DNA from: Octopus sinensis
Lineage: Eukaryota
Direction: 5' to 3'
Length of the DNA: 64,000 bases
NCBI RefSeq assembly: GCF_006345805.1
Contig: NC_043007.1
Location: 61,814,001 to 61,878,000 of the forward strand
The notes under the pieces are model-generated. The model did not search any database. It saw only the letters and a program-made list of their open reading frames with translations, and was not told where the DNA came from. Of this stretch, positions 49,618 through 61,937 are shown one piece after another. Every line of letters begins with the position of its first letter. Position 1 is the first letter of the stretch. A program made the translations under genes and the position numbers.

Positions 49618-52600
49618 TCTTAATATATAAAAGAGAGTTTGTAGGGGGGAGGGGGCGTGTGTGTGTGTGGGGGGGAGCTGTGTGCGTATGTTCCTTATGG
49701 ATTCGAAAACTGAGTTGCCGATTTTGACGTATGTGGTATCAAAAGATTCAGTAATCTTTCGGCTACCAAATAAACTTTATTTTCATTTACATATTTGCAT
49801 TACAAAAATTTAACATTATAATCTTTCTCTAAGTCAACTATCGTAAACGACATCTTATACGACGACGTCACATTTTCTGGATGAGTGTGTATGTGTCTGT
49901 CAGTGTGTGTGTGTTTGCGCATTCGTTATGTACGTTAGGCCGATGACTGAGAAGTATATGCGTGTGACGGTGTATGTGTCTGTCAGTATACATACATTTT
50001 TATGACGACTGACACACACACACACACATCTAAAGACAGACACAAACACACAGAGAGACAGAGATAGGCCTGAGGTATATTTGTGAATGTAAGTATGTGT
50101 ATGTCTTAGTATATGCATGTGACTGTACTCACCAACAAGTGAAAGACGCCGGTTTTGAAAGAGTTTAGTTCAGTTGCAACGTGGACGTTGAATAAACATC
50201 AGCGTTCACTTTGAAGTACCACTGCTTCAATTTTCCTTTTCATCATGGAGAGTTGCGGTTTAAACAGCATTAACGATTGCCATTACTTATGTGCTGAAAT
50301 ATTATTCTGGTTATTAATACCAGCATGAAGATTTGGTTGATTTGACAGCACTCACAATACTTGCAAATATATCTGGAAAAAAATGTTAGTCTGGTTATTA
50401 TAACAAATTCAGAAACTTGGCGAAGTAGAAAGCCTTAGCAGCTCTTTTAATATAATTACAGAAATATTATTCCAGTCTTTATAAGCGGTTTGAAGATAAT
50501 GCGTCCATATCGCATTCCTGCTATGCTGCTTTATCGGTGTGAGTATTCAACGTCACGCAACCTTTTTACTGCGTTAGTATTTATTCTATAGCCTATAAAC
50601 TTATACAGTTAAAAATATATAGTAAGTGATGTCAAATTAATTTCTGTCTTGCTACATACATCCTTCAGCAAATGTTTTAAATTAATTAACGTTCACAACA
50701 GCAATATATTCCTTTGTACACACTATGTTCAGCGTTCGTTTAAAAACTGTAAAATAATAAATCATTTTTTCTATGAAAAATTGAATTATGCCTTCTGAAT
50801 TTTCTTGGAGCTTGACTTTCTTCACTGTGACATTTAATCCTGATTTTTAAAACATTTAGTACATGTTCCAAATAAATGTTGACTTACTGTACTTTGTTAC
50901 ATTGGTGACGTGTAGTAATTTTTGCTAAATTGGTGACTTTCCGACGCTGGAATATTTCTTTTGGAAATATTCCCTAAAAATATTTTTTATAGCATAACTA
51001 TGCTACAGAAAGTATGTTTTGTACCTATATTGACTACATTTTGTTTCGCTTGAACTTCGTGTGGGTATATTTCATGTTTTCAATATTATCAATCCTATGA
51101 GTGTCTATGTGTCTGTGTGTATGTGTGTGTGTCTCCGCGTTCGTTACGACTATGGTAAACTATAGTAAAGGACATTTTACACCGTTTTAATGATTTCTCA
51201 TCTAATGAAGTAGCTATCCTTATCATAGATAATCCCCATGAAAATCGTGATATTCTCATTCGTGCTCGAGATAACAAACTTAAACGTGTTTCAGAGACTC
51301 ATCTCTCTTATGATGCTCTCCAGTATCCTCTTATTCTGTGGAATGGACAAGATGGGTATCAATTCAATATTCCACAGATATAATCTGCAACAGGAGAACC
51401 AATTACAAACAAAAAGGTGTCGTCAAATGACTTCTATTCTTACAAAGTGGTGTTAAGACCAGAACAATCAAATCAATTACACATGTATCGTGATCTATTT
51501 CAGCAATACCTGGTTGATATATATGCTAAAGTTGAGAGGAGTCAACGTTTCCTCTATATTCTTAAAAATGAAAAAAAAGTTAAGGGATAAAAATTATGTT
51601 CATCTTCAAGATGCTCTGAGGATAGATGGTGATATTATAATCCTCCCATCACCATTCACAGGTGGTCCTCGATATATGCCCAAACGAACACAAGATGCTA
51701 TGACATATGTCTAGACATATGGAGAACAAGATCTTTTTGTCACTTTCACCTGCAATCTTAAACAGGAAGAAATAAAATCTAACCTTCTTCCAGTGTTGCA
51801 TCTTCTGGTATTGCAGCAACCCTCCTGAATGGGGGTAGAACTGCTCATTCCATGTTCAAGCTCCCTCTAAACCTTGCAAACGAAAGAATCTCAATGTGCA
51901 ACATTCCCAAAACCTCTGCAGTAGCAACACTTCTCCAACAAGTTTGCCTCATTGTTTGGGATGAGTTCAGTGTCACATCGTGGAGCTCCAAGACACCGTA
52001 TCCTCCAAGACATTAAAAAAAAACAATAGCACGCTCATGGGAGGAGTAACAGTTCTTCTCGCAGGACATTTTCGTCAAACGTCGCCAGTTATCCTCAAAG
52101 GATCAAAAGCTGATGAAGTCAATGCATGCTTCAAAAAATCGTACATTAGGAGACATGGAAAAACTTCATCTTACACGCAACATCAGAGTACTTCTACAAA
52201 GTGATCGTACAAGCTTCTTAAGATTGGTAATGGGTTATTAACATTCAACTCAAGAGCTCAGCTACATGAAATTACATGCCGTCAAATGATACTTTTTCTT
52301 TGGAATCTATGGATAAAGTATTTCCTAATTTACCTATCAATTACTCTGATGTAAACTGGCTGTGTGAAAGAGCTATACTTGCTCCAGCTAATGAAATGGT
52401 TGATAAACTCAATCATGAATTTCTTCAAAAGTTAACAGGTACATCAGAAATGACTTTCGATCAGTTGACAACAGTTGATCAAGATCAGGTTGTTCAATAC
52501 CATGTAATCATGAAACCCACAGGGATGCCACCGCATAACTTGACACTAAAACTGGGTGCTCCCGTTATGCTGCGTAGGAATCTTGACCTATCTCACCTGT

Positions 52601-53113
52601 GTAATGGAACTCGCTTAATTGTTACTGCCATGACGCCATATGTGCTACAGGCAACAATCATAACAGGTGGTCACAAAGGAGAAAATTCATTATTCCAAAA
52701 ACACCTCTCATACTTACAGATGTCCCATTTGAATTTAAGATGCTTCAGTTTCCAGTCAAACTAAGTTTGGGTATTTCAATTAACAAATCTCAGAGTCAGT
52801 CCCTTAATCTATTTGCACTTGATCTCTCTACTACATGCTTCTCCCACGGCCAACTCTATGTTGCTTGCTCGTGAGTTGGAAGCAGCAACAATTTAGTCAT
52901 TTCAACACCAACAAGAAATTACACAATGAATACTGTTTATCCTGAGGTGCTTCACGATTTTCAGTTCTAAATTCTATTATCATTACAATTTGGATATTTT
53001 AAAATAAAATATAGATATTTTGAAATAATTATGAGAATATATCTTTATATTTATTGTTTACTAATCTGAATAAGAACAGCAGTAAACTGGGCAACGTCGG
53101 GTCATTCAGCTAG
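49618..53113 (+). mobile_element. Helitron with both termini and a large internal deletion; Rep and Pif1-helicase remnants
   Basis: 5' a|TCttaatatataaaagagagtttgt and 3' ctgggcaacgtcggg hairpin-like motif followed by CTAG|t, giving an A|T target. Rep region: NEVAILI...RDILI...SETHLSYDALQYPL, FQQYLVDIYAKVE, LPSPFTGGPRYM...QDAMTYV, DLFVTFTCN. Helicase: VASSGIAATLLNGGRTAHSMFKLPL, IVWDE, AGHFRQ, RAILAP, GMPPH.L.LK.GAPVML.RNL...LCNGTRL, QFPVKL...INKSQSQSL, FSHGQLYVACS. Confidence 0.93.
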
Positions 53114-53138
53114 TAAGTAAATATTACAGCTTACTCCG

Positions 53139-53357
53139 AAGGCGGCGAGCAGGCAAAGTCGTTAGCACGCCGGGAAAAATGTTTAACAGCATTTCGTCCG
53201 TCTTTACGTTCTGAGTTCAAATTCCGCCGAGGCCGACTTTGCTTTTTATTCGTTTTGGAGTCGATAAAATAAGTGCCAGTTGTGCATTGGGGTCCGATGT
53301 AATCGACTTACACCGTCTCCCAGAATCAAATGCCATAATTTGAAACCAATATTACAG
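53139..53357 (+). mobile_element. Family-1 SINE, near full length, just after the Helitron 3' end
   Basis: aaggcggcgagcaggcaaagtcgttagcacgccggg...ccataatttgaaacc; aatattacag at 53120 and 53348 is a possible TSD. Confidence 0.85.
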
Positions 53358-53664
53358 TTTAATACCTACCAAAAGGCCGAAACAAACAATTTATAAATGA
53401 CTCCTCGGATACTTGTACTGTAAAAATTATAACTTATTTATCACATTTTTCTGATGCACTGAACGGTTTAATGATACAGGCATATTACAAATTTTCTGTC
53501 TGATTATCTCTTTTGCACATACTAGTAAATTCCTAGAAGATAAGTACCACATTGTTAACTTATTCACTACCAAATCTCCACGACGTACCATTGTTTATTC
53601 GCTTGAAACATTTTATAAAATTGGAAACATTCTCCCACTCCTTCAACTATAATAATCCTTTGTA

Positions 53665-54065
53665 CTGTAAGCACAAAGCCTGAAATTTGGGGGCAGGGGG
53701 CTAGTCGACTCCATCGACTCCTAGTGCTCAAGTGGTACTTACGTCATCGATTCCGAAAGAAAGAAAGGCAAAGTCGACCTCGGCAGAATTTTGACTGAGA
53801 ACGTAACGTCAGCTAAACTGTCCGGCGAGCTAAAGATTCTGTCAGCTCACCGCCTGCCTTTAAACTGATAATATTGGTTTCAAATTTGGTACAAGACCAG
53901 CAATTTCGGAGAAGGGAGTCAGTCAATTACATCGACTCCCAGTACTCAACTGCTACTTATATTATCGACCCCGAAAGGATGAAAGGTAAAGTCAACCTCG
54001 GAGAAATTTGAACACAGAAAGTAAAGACGGACAAAATGGTGCTGAACACTTCGCCCGGCGTGCTA
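53665..54065 (-). mobile_element. Two tandem family-1 SINEs on the minus strand
   Basis: Copies at ~53665-53856 (tail C type, ends cagctcaccgcc) and ~53868-54065 (tail B, ends ttcgcccggcgtgcta). Confidence 0.8.
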
Positions 54066-54271
54066 GTTAATCAGGTGGGCAGCGGGGTTGAAAACGAAAA
54101 GTTTTAAAAAGAATGATTTTTAAAAACTTTTCAAGGAAAACTATATGGATTGTTAACAGTACATATGTAATCCAAGAAGATATCAGGACAGTCACTTGAC
54201 GTGAGAGAAATAGCAGCCAAATTCTCTTCAAATCACACCCAAGTATCTTAAATCAGTAGAGAAGACATTGA

Positions 54272-54398
<127 letters not shown>

Positions 54399-54517
54399 CC
54401 ATCCTTCTTCCCTCTCTCTCTCTTTCTATCTCTCTATATATCTATAAAAACATAAACACAGACTCCCGTACGTGCATTGCAAACATGCACACACACACAC
54501 ACGTACACACACACGCA

Positions 54518-54566
<49 letters not shown>

Positions 54567-54744
54567 AGACACGCACACACACACGTTGCCTGATTTGGCT
54601 GTCATTTCCAAGCGAGCATGATTTTGTTGCATGTACCACACTATCGTTAGATGTTTTAGGTCCCTGTGTAGTCGTAAGTAGACATAGACACCCTATCAGA
54701 CCTCTCAACCTTTGACAAAGTGGAACGTGGGGATGTGACTGCTA

Positions 54745-54900
54745 AAAGGAAAGAAAGGGCAATATCAGCACTAGATTGGTACTCATTTTTAGCAGAGCAG
54801 AATGAAAGATGTGCCTTGTTCAAGGATACATTACACCGCCCGTCTAGGAACCGAACCCACAACCTTTTCACCGTAAGTTCACTAGTAAGCAAGGTGCCTC
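54745..54900 (-). mobile_element. Family-3 (CORE-like) SINE, degenerate
   Basis: gtactcattttt...aatgaaagatgtgccttgttcaaggatacattacaccgcccgtctaggaaccgaacccacaacc; parallels 61800-61930. Confidence 0.6.
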
Positions 54901-56984
54901 CACATATGCGCGCGCGCACACACACACTCTCACACATCCCCCTTACACACACACACACTCCTCTCCCCATTTGTATACGTACATACATTTATACACAAAG
55001 ACGAGATAATGTACATATTGCATAAACAAGGGGAAAACCGGTGTTTACCATAACATCGGAGAGGAAGATACCTTTGAAGAAATCAAAGAAGGCATATCTT
55101 TCGTGGAAGGAACTTTGCTGATGCAAAGATATGGCGTGGTATTTGAGTGCCTTGTTGTTGTTGCTTTTTGTTGTAGTTGTATGCGAGTGTGTGTATGTGT
55201 GTGTTTGTGTGTGTGCATGTTTGCTTGTGTGTCTTTCTTAAGATGCAATCTTAAAATGAATGGGGGGTGGGGACAGTTCTTTCAAATAATGTAATGGAAA
55301 AACGTAACAATCGCACAAAAATACATCACAAATTGACATAATTTTTATCACATAATTCCGTAGTCATCCAGATAGTAATCTTGACAGATATGAATTGTTG
55401 CGATAATTAAATTCCTACGTTACGAAAATAGTAATACGATGTGACCTAATAAATGTAACAGAAGTTGAAGATTTTCTATCAGCAGGGATTACCCATGTAA
55501 TTAGTTGTAAAAAAAGAAAAAAAGCTTCCTTTGGAGGCGTTTAAAACTAAAAACAAGTAAAGGAGATAACTTTCATAAGATCAATTGACTGAAACCTTTA
55601 AACAATATAGACAAGAGTTGACAAACTTTTTTCGCTCCCCCACTTTGCTTTTACCAACACTCTTTTAAGGCCCCATACCATGCTACGATTCAATGAAGTT
55701 AAATATACTCCAATCAAAAAAATTACTACCGACGAGCTGATCACGATTAAAAGACTTTTACACATGAGTCATTTTATAAATATAATATGGAGTATCAAAA
55801 CAAGAACAATATTTCCGCCATCAATATTAGTTTCAAATTTATGCGTGTGTGAATGCTTGAAAAAGAAAATATAAATTGTGATTAATTACTTTAGTGTCCC
55901 AAGAATCTTCGTGGTTATTCTGACGTGGGCCGTAAACCAGTTAAATGCTACTGGGTTCTATGTTTGGCTACGCATAACATTTTTTTCTCTCTCTGTGCTG
56001 CTAAATATCTATTCTGGGTAGCACACAACTAATAAAGTATATGTTATTTGTTATTCTGGGTAGAGAATAAGCAAACAACAGAAATAGAAACAAAACAAAC
56101 AACAGCAGCAGCAACAGCAACAGCAACAACAACAACGGAATTAGAATATGAAATAATAATTGTATTCACTGTAGCAACATTGTGAAATAATTCGTGTTTG
56201 TTTATTTCTCGTAATGGAAAAACAATTGAACTTCCTTATTTACTACACGTATTTTCATTAGACACATGACTAAAGCTTCGTCTTTTGGAGGATGGGGTAA
56301 AGTTTAATCTATATAATCGGTATCAGAGACAAATGCTTGATTTATTGACCTTTGAGGTAGGAAAGGCAAAAAGCAATCAAAATTTGAATCCGAAAGGACG
56401 GAAGACTAAATGTTCCGATGTGTTTAAGGTAGGTACCCAAATAGATCGACTACCGTCATCGATTTCGTGTCGCAGCTGTTAATGTTGATCCCCTTTAACT
56501 CGGCACATAATTTAGTGAAATCAAAACAGTGTATTATTAATATTTATGAATTTCATCTCGGATGGATTCAAAGTCAATATCCACCCTGGTGGAATTGAAT
56601 TGCGGAACTAAAAATACAACCTTCAGTAGTTGAAGGTATTTAGTACTTCATTGCAACCATTTCTGTGAAATCTGGCAATAGAACAAGTAAAATAAATTTG
56701 TTTTGATTAATTGCAAATGCAAATTTTGTGGGAGGGCGGTGATATATGATTTAACCAACTCCAGTATGTTACTGTACTTATTTTATGGATATCAAAGGTG
56801 TTTGTAGTTTGACTCGAGCAAGAAGAAACATTTATGATTCGTTTTACTTATGATTTGTTTTATTTTATATCGCAATTGGCGGACATTTTAACGATGTTTG
56901 ATATAATTAATGATGAGAGAATTACTATAGGATGTTAGGCGGCTTATATTTAATAATCTGAAACCCTGTTAGAAATTGTCATAA

Positions 56985-57478
56985 TATTAATTTCAAATTA
57001 TGGTACAAAATCAGCAAGGTTGTAGGGGGGGGGGGAGTAAGTCGATTACATCGACTCCAGTACTCAAGTGATACTTATTTTATTGACTCCGAAAGGATGA
57101 AAGGCAAGATCGGCCTCGGCTGAATTTGAACACAAAACGTAAAGGCAAGCGAAATACCACAAAGCATTTTGCCAAGCGTACTAACGATTCTGCCAGCTCA
57201 CCGTGTTAAAGATTATCATATGTTTCAAATTTTGGCACAAGGCCAGCAATTTCGTTTCCTTCGACCTCAGCGTTCAACTGGTACTTATTTTATCGATTCT
57301 GAAAGGATGAGAGGCAAAGTCGATCCCGGCAGCATTTAAACTCAGAACCTAAACAAAGTACTAGGCTTACAAAAAAAAAAAAAGGCCTGGGGTCGATTTC
57401 TTCGACTAAAACCCTTTAAGGCAGTGCTCCAACAAGGCCGTAGTCAAATGACTGAAACAAGTAAAAGAATAAAAGAAT
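56985..57478. mobile_element. SINE cluster: two family-1 copies (minus) followed by a family-2 3' tail (plus)
   Basis: Minus copies at ~56985-57205 and 57222-57350. The plus-strand family-2 tail aagtactaggcttac...ggcagtgctccaacaaggccgtagtcaaatgactgaaacaagtaaaaga lies at 57355-57478. Confidence 0.75.
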
Positions 57479-58105
57479 AATATTAGTTTCAGTAAAATTT
57501 GAGTAGAATTACAATTGACTGAGTCATTAAGGGGTATGGTATCGTATCACTGGTGCTGAGCTGAGTCTCTGGGAAAGGTATTTAACTCTCCGTAGCAGAA
57601 TATGCAAACAGATATCAAGAGAGGCATGCATAACTCTGCAGCAGAAAGCAGGAGAAATGAATAATCGCTGAAGATTTCATTAGTTGGCAGTGCTCTGCTC
57701 GAATATTGCCATGAGTTTGAAAAAGCAACCCCCACCAAAAAAAAAACAAAAAAAAACTCCCAGAACAGCCCATTCAAATTGAAATATTGCTTCATTAAGA
57801 AAAATCGGTGTCGACTTGGCATTAATGTAGACAGGCAAGCAATATACTAATAGTAATTACATTAACTGTACATCTTTTCTATTTTCTTGTAGCTTGGAAA
57901 GAGATTTATGTGGTCTAACACAGTTGCATCGTAGTGTAAGTACTTTTAGCTGTTTAAAACTTGTGCGCGCGCACACAAACCGACTCACACACACACACAC
58001 ACACACACACACCACACACACACACACACACATCTCGTTCCCAAAAGTACATAGTTATTAGTAACGAAATTTCTTTGAGCATACTTTTGCAACTTTAGGC
58101 ATTGA

Positions 58106-58418
58106 TATTCCATTCCGTTTTATCTCTCCTATATCACAGGGAAATTGGGGTATTAGAGACCAAGTCGTAAATTTACGACAGCAGGGTTTCAATACATATT
58201 TAGCCAAATATGTGTCTGAGTGCCTCCGTCCGTCCGTGTGTGTGTGTGTGTGTGTGTCTGTGTCTGTGTCTGTTTCTGTGTGTGTATGTATGTGTGTGTG
58301 TATTCCATTCCGTTTTATCTCTCCTATATCACAGTGAAATTGGGGTATTAGAGACTAAGTCGTAAATTTATGACAGCAGGGCTTCAATACATATTTAGCC
58401 AAATATGTGTCTGAGTGC
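58106..58418 (+). repeat. 118-bp direct duplication (58106-58223 and 58301-58418; 4 mismatches) separated by a TG microsatellite
   Basis: tattccattccgttttatctctcc...aaatatgtgtctgagtgc occurs twice. Confidence 0.92.
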
Positions 58419-58483
58419 GTGCGTGTGTCTATGTGTGTGTGTGTGTGAGAGAGAGAGAGGGGTAGAGAAAGAGAGGAAGAGTA

Positions 58484-58718
58484 GGTGCTGTATTGCCAAA
58501 CGGTTAAGGAGTTCGCTTCGCAGCTACGAAGTGAACTCCTTGGGCAAGTGTTTTCTACTATAGCCTCGGACCAACCAAAGCCTTGTGAGTGGATTTGGTA
58601 GCCAGAAACTGAAAAAAGTCTGTCGTATGTATAAATTTGTGTGTCTGTGTTTGTCCCACCACCACCACCACCACCATCGCTTGACAATCGATGTTGGTGT
58701 GTTTACGTCCCCGTAACT
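58484..58718 (+). mobile_element. Family-2 SINE, interrupted at its 3' side by a hairpin element
   Basis: cttgggcaagtgttttctactatagcctcgg...gccttgtgagtggatttggtag...gtgtttacgtccccgtaact, after which similarity stops. Confidence 0.8.
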
Positions 58719-58808
58719 GCATCCGATAAATTGCGAGCAATGGAGCGAACCCCTACCAACTTCTAGCGACGGGTTCGCTTCCCTGCTCGCAATTTATCGG
58801 ATGCAGTT
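58715..58808. repeat. 94-bp hairpin element with perfect 25-bp outer inverted repeats
   Basis: aactgcatccgataaattgcgagca (58715-58739) pairs with tgctcgcaatttatcggatgcagtt (58784-58808). An inner stem ggagcgaaccc / gggttcgcttcc is also present. Confidence 0.9.
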
Positions 58809-59715
58809 GTGCATCGTTAACCACCTAGAGGAGATGTCTTCTTAGGGTTAAAAAACCGCAGAAGAGTCCGTTCGAACGGACAGCCATGTTAAAATGGCTA
58901 CGAATATCACAAAAATTAATAAATCGATTCTTAGAGCTTAATACCTTAATATTTTACAAATATAAACAAATTTTAATGTGAAACAGTTAAAGAATGAATT
59001 GCTCTAATTTTCATGGAATTTGAAAATGTATACTAACTTTTCGAATTTCAGATGTCTAAATGAGGAATATTAATAAGTATAGTGTTCCAGTGTATACTGT
59101 CAGTATAGCATCACCGAAAATAGCAAAATGAGAAAGTATGTGTTTGATGGAGGTGAGAAAGAGATGGAGTGATAACTAAGTCTTATAACTAAGTCTTTCA
59201 CTCTCTCTTTTCTTGGATCCTCACTTCTTTTACCTCAGAGAGACATCGAACCTGAGTTTTTTTTTTTACTTCACGCATTATACCAGAATTTGGGATATGT
59301 GTACAAATTTCGAGACGAACAGACAAACCTGGGTGCTTAAAGATTTATTACACCATATTTCATAAGTCCAAAATGAATTTACTGCGATGCATAAAAATCT
59401 GCATAACGAGAACAGATAATTTTTGGAGGATATTGTGCTTCTTTTGCTCAGCAAAAGCCAATCTTCTTACCCTCTGCTAAGTTTAAAATAACCACTTGAG
59501 TTCTGCAATATCAAATGTAAAAATAAACTTAGCTATGAGAATGTTTACTTTTATTTTATCTTCTTTCTTAAAATCAAAATAAATCTTAGTTTTGTTTGTG
59601 TCTGTTTTTTTTTTCTTTTTAATAAGTGAGTATATCCGCATAACATTTTGAGGAATCTTGACTAGTTAGTCTAAAAATGCAATGACCGTCTCCCCCAGTA
59701 AATTCTTTCTCTTTT

Positions 59716-59717
<2 letters not shown>

Positions 59718-59804
<87 letters not shown>
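59718..59804 (+). repeat. (CTAT)n microsatellite
   Basis: Directly visible. Confidence 0.95.
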
Positions 59805-59805
<1 letters not shown>

Positions 59806-60904
59806 ATTCCTTCTTCCTTTCCTTGTCTTTTATACTTTCTTTGACTACGTATTTAACAGCTATTCTACAACCATATAAAGAACTATTAATGATGTATCTT
59901 TCCAATGCTATTTAACAAACCTCCTTTTGGACAATTTTCAACAATCCTCTCTCCAACTTGAAATAGTATTTTGATGCCATCATTCTCGCATTTTTATGGT
60001 TATTTTCATTTTAACGAAAACATAGAACGTTTCTATATCTTAGTTTCGTTGTTGAAAAGTTTCTCAACTTAATAGCAAGAAAAGTACAATTATTGACTCG
60101 ATCAATGACTCAAGATTCCAACTACGACATTTTCGACAGTACCTAAATCATTATCAAAATAGTGGTTCCTAATTTAGGTACAAGGTCATCAGATTCAATA
60201 GTTGACTGGTACTTTATTTTATAGATCCCGAGGGATGGAAAGCAAAGTGGACTTCGATGTTATTTGAACTCATGGAACAAATGCTCTGAATAACTCCATG
60301 CAATATTAGATAACACAGTGTATGAGTTTGATTTCATATTAGTCATGCTCAAATTTCTTCGTACTTGATTGTACACAAGTTAGCTGATATCCTTCTGGTC
60401 AGGATTGCGCAGCCCAGGAAAGCGAAACCGTTCCATGCTAGATTACGTAACACGGGGAAGCCAGATGGCTCCATTCTGGCTTACTTAACTCAATGTAACC
60501 TGACTAACCTTTACTGTATTACTTTATCATTTCATATTGAATTACAACGCATAAGGCACCAGGATGGCTTCTAACTCGGTCTTAGGTAATATTCTGTAAC
60601 ATAAGCTAGTAAATATTGAGATGAAATACATGAAATGAATAAGAAATTGAACAAACACTCTAGTAGGTCGTTCAGAACCGTTCAAATCTGCTTCATTTAA
60701 CTCTAAAATCATCATTTCAGCGGATTGATTGCAGTATGTTGCAGAATTTTCTTGTACAACACCGGAAAGGTTGCCCACTTATTGGCGTGTCGTGTACATC
60801 TGATCGTGGAAGTTTTAATTGTTACATTCTACTCGAGAAGAAATGAAAAAGAAAGGAAACAGAAACTGACAGAAATAAATAGAAATATTTGATGAAAAAT
60901 ACTT

Positions 60905-61311
60905 GGGAGTAGCTGTGTGGTAAGTAGCTTGCTTACCAACCACATGGTTTCGGATTCAGTCCCACTGCGTGGCACCTTGGGCAAATGTCTTCTACTATAG
61001 CCTCGGGTCGACCAAACCTTTGTGAGTAGATTTGGTAGACGGAAACTGAAAGAAGCCCGTCGTATATATGTTTATATATGTGTGTGTGCGTGAGTGTGTG
61101 TGTTTGTGTGTCTGTGTTTGTCCCCTCAACATCGCTTGACAACCGATGCTGGTGTGTTTACGTCCCCATAACTTAGCGGTTCGGCAAAAGAGACCGATAG
61201 AATAAGTACTAGGCTTACAAAGAATAGTCCTGGGGTCGATTTGCGCGACTAAAGGCGGTGCTCCAGCATGGCCGCAGTCAAAAGACTGAAACAAGTAAAA
61301 GAGTAAAAGAG
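60905..61311 (+). mobile_element. Family-2 SINE, full length
   Basis: Collinear with 23948-24364, including the internal microsatellite and the ggtgctccagcatggccgcagtc...gaaacaagtaaaagag tail. Confidence 0.9.
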
Positions 61312-61734
61312 AGAATATGATTTGTAGTTGACTTTAGATCAGATTGAGGGGGAAATCCATCCCAAATATCGCTGAGTACTGAGTAAAGAATTCCACACAT
61401 GATAGTCGGGATTTATGTTGGGGTGTAAAAATTCGTTTCTTTTCGATTATTCAGTTTTATAGCAAGTGACATTTTGCTCAAAATTTATTTCCTGCATTAA
61501 TTTATTTGTGTTGTTGACCTATAGTCGAAGGTGTTCAGGCCATGAACAGCCCGTCTTTTTGTATATTAGGGATTACACTACCCAATCTTTATGTTACTCT
61601 AGGGTGTGATTTAAGAAATAAAAAGGTAGCTGTTTCCCGTGAATGAGTATGGTTTGGTAACATAGGCCATACTTTCGCTACTTTTTTTTTCTTTTAAGTG
61701 CCTATATAGTCGCCACTCTCTAAATTCTCCATCC

Positions 61735-61937
61735 CTTTACTCAGGGGCAAAATCCAGGATGTCATAGCTAGAGGAAGAGACAGCTGAACCAGCTCTTGGC
61801 TGGTATTTTTCAGTTGAGTGGACTGGAGCAACGTGAAATGAAATGCCTTGCTTAAGGACACAACACGCCTCCGTGACCAGGAATTGAACCCGTGACATTA
61901 TGATCGTGAACCAAACACCGTAACCACCAGGCCTTGC
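61735..61937 (-). mobile_element. Family-3 (CORE-like) SINE
   Basis: Minus strand: ggcctggtggttacggtgtttggttcacgatc...gggttcaattcctgg...ttgtgtccttaagcaaggcatttcatttcacgttgctccagtccactcaactg. The ccttNagcaag core resembles CORE-SINEs. Confidence 0.7.

Noticed and set aside
57547-57822. 91-aa hydrophobic minus-strand ORF
   Set aside because: Its hydrophobic part comes from poly-A runs on the plus strand; there is no recognisable family.
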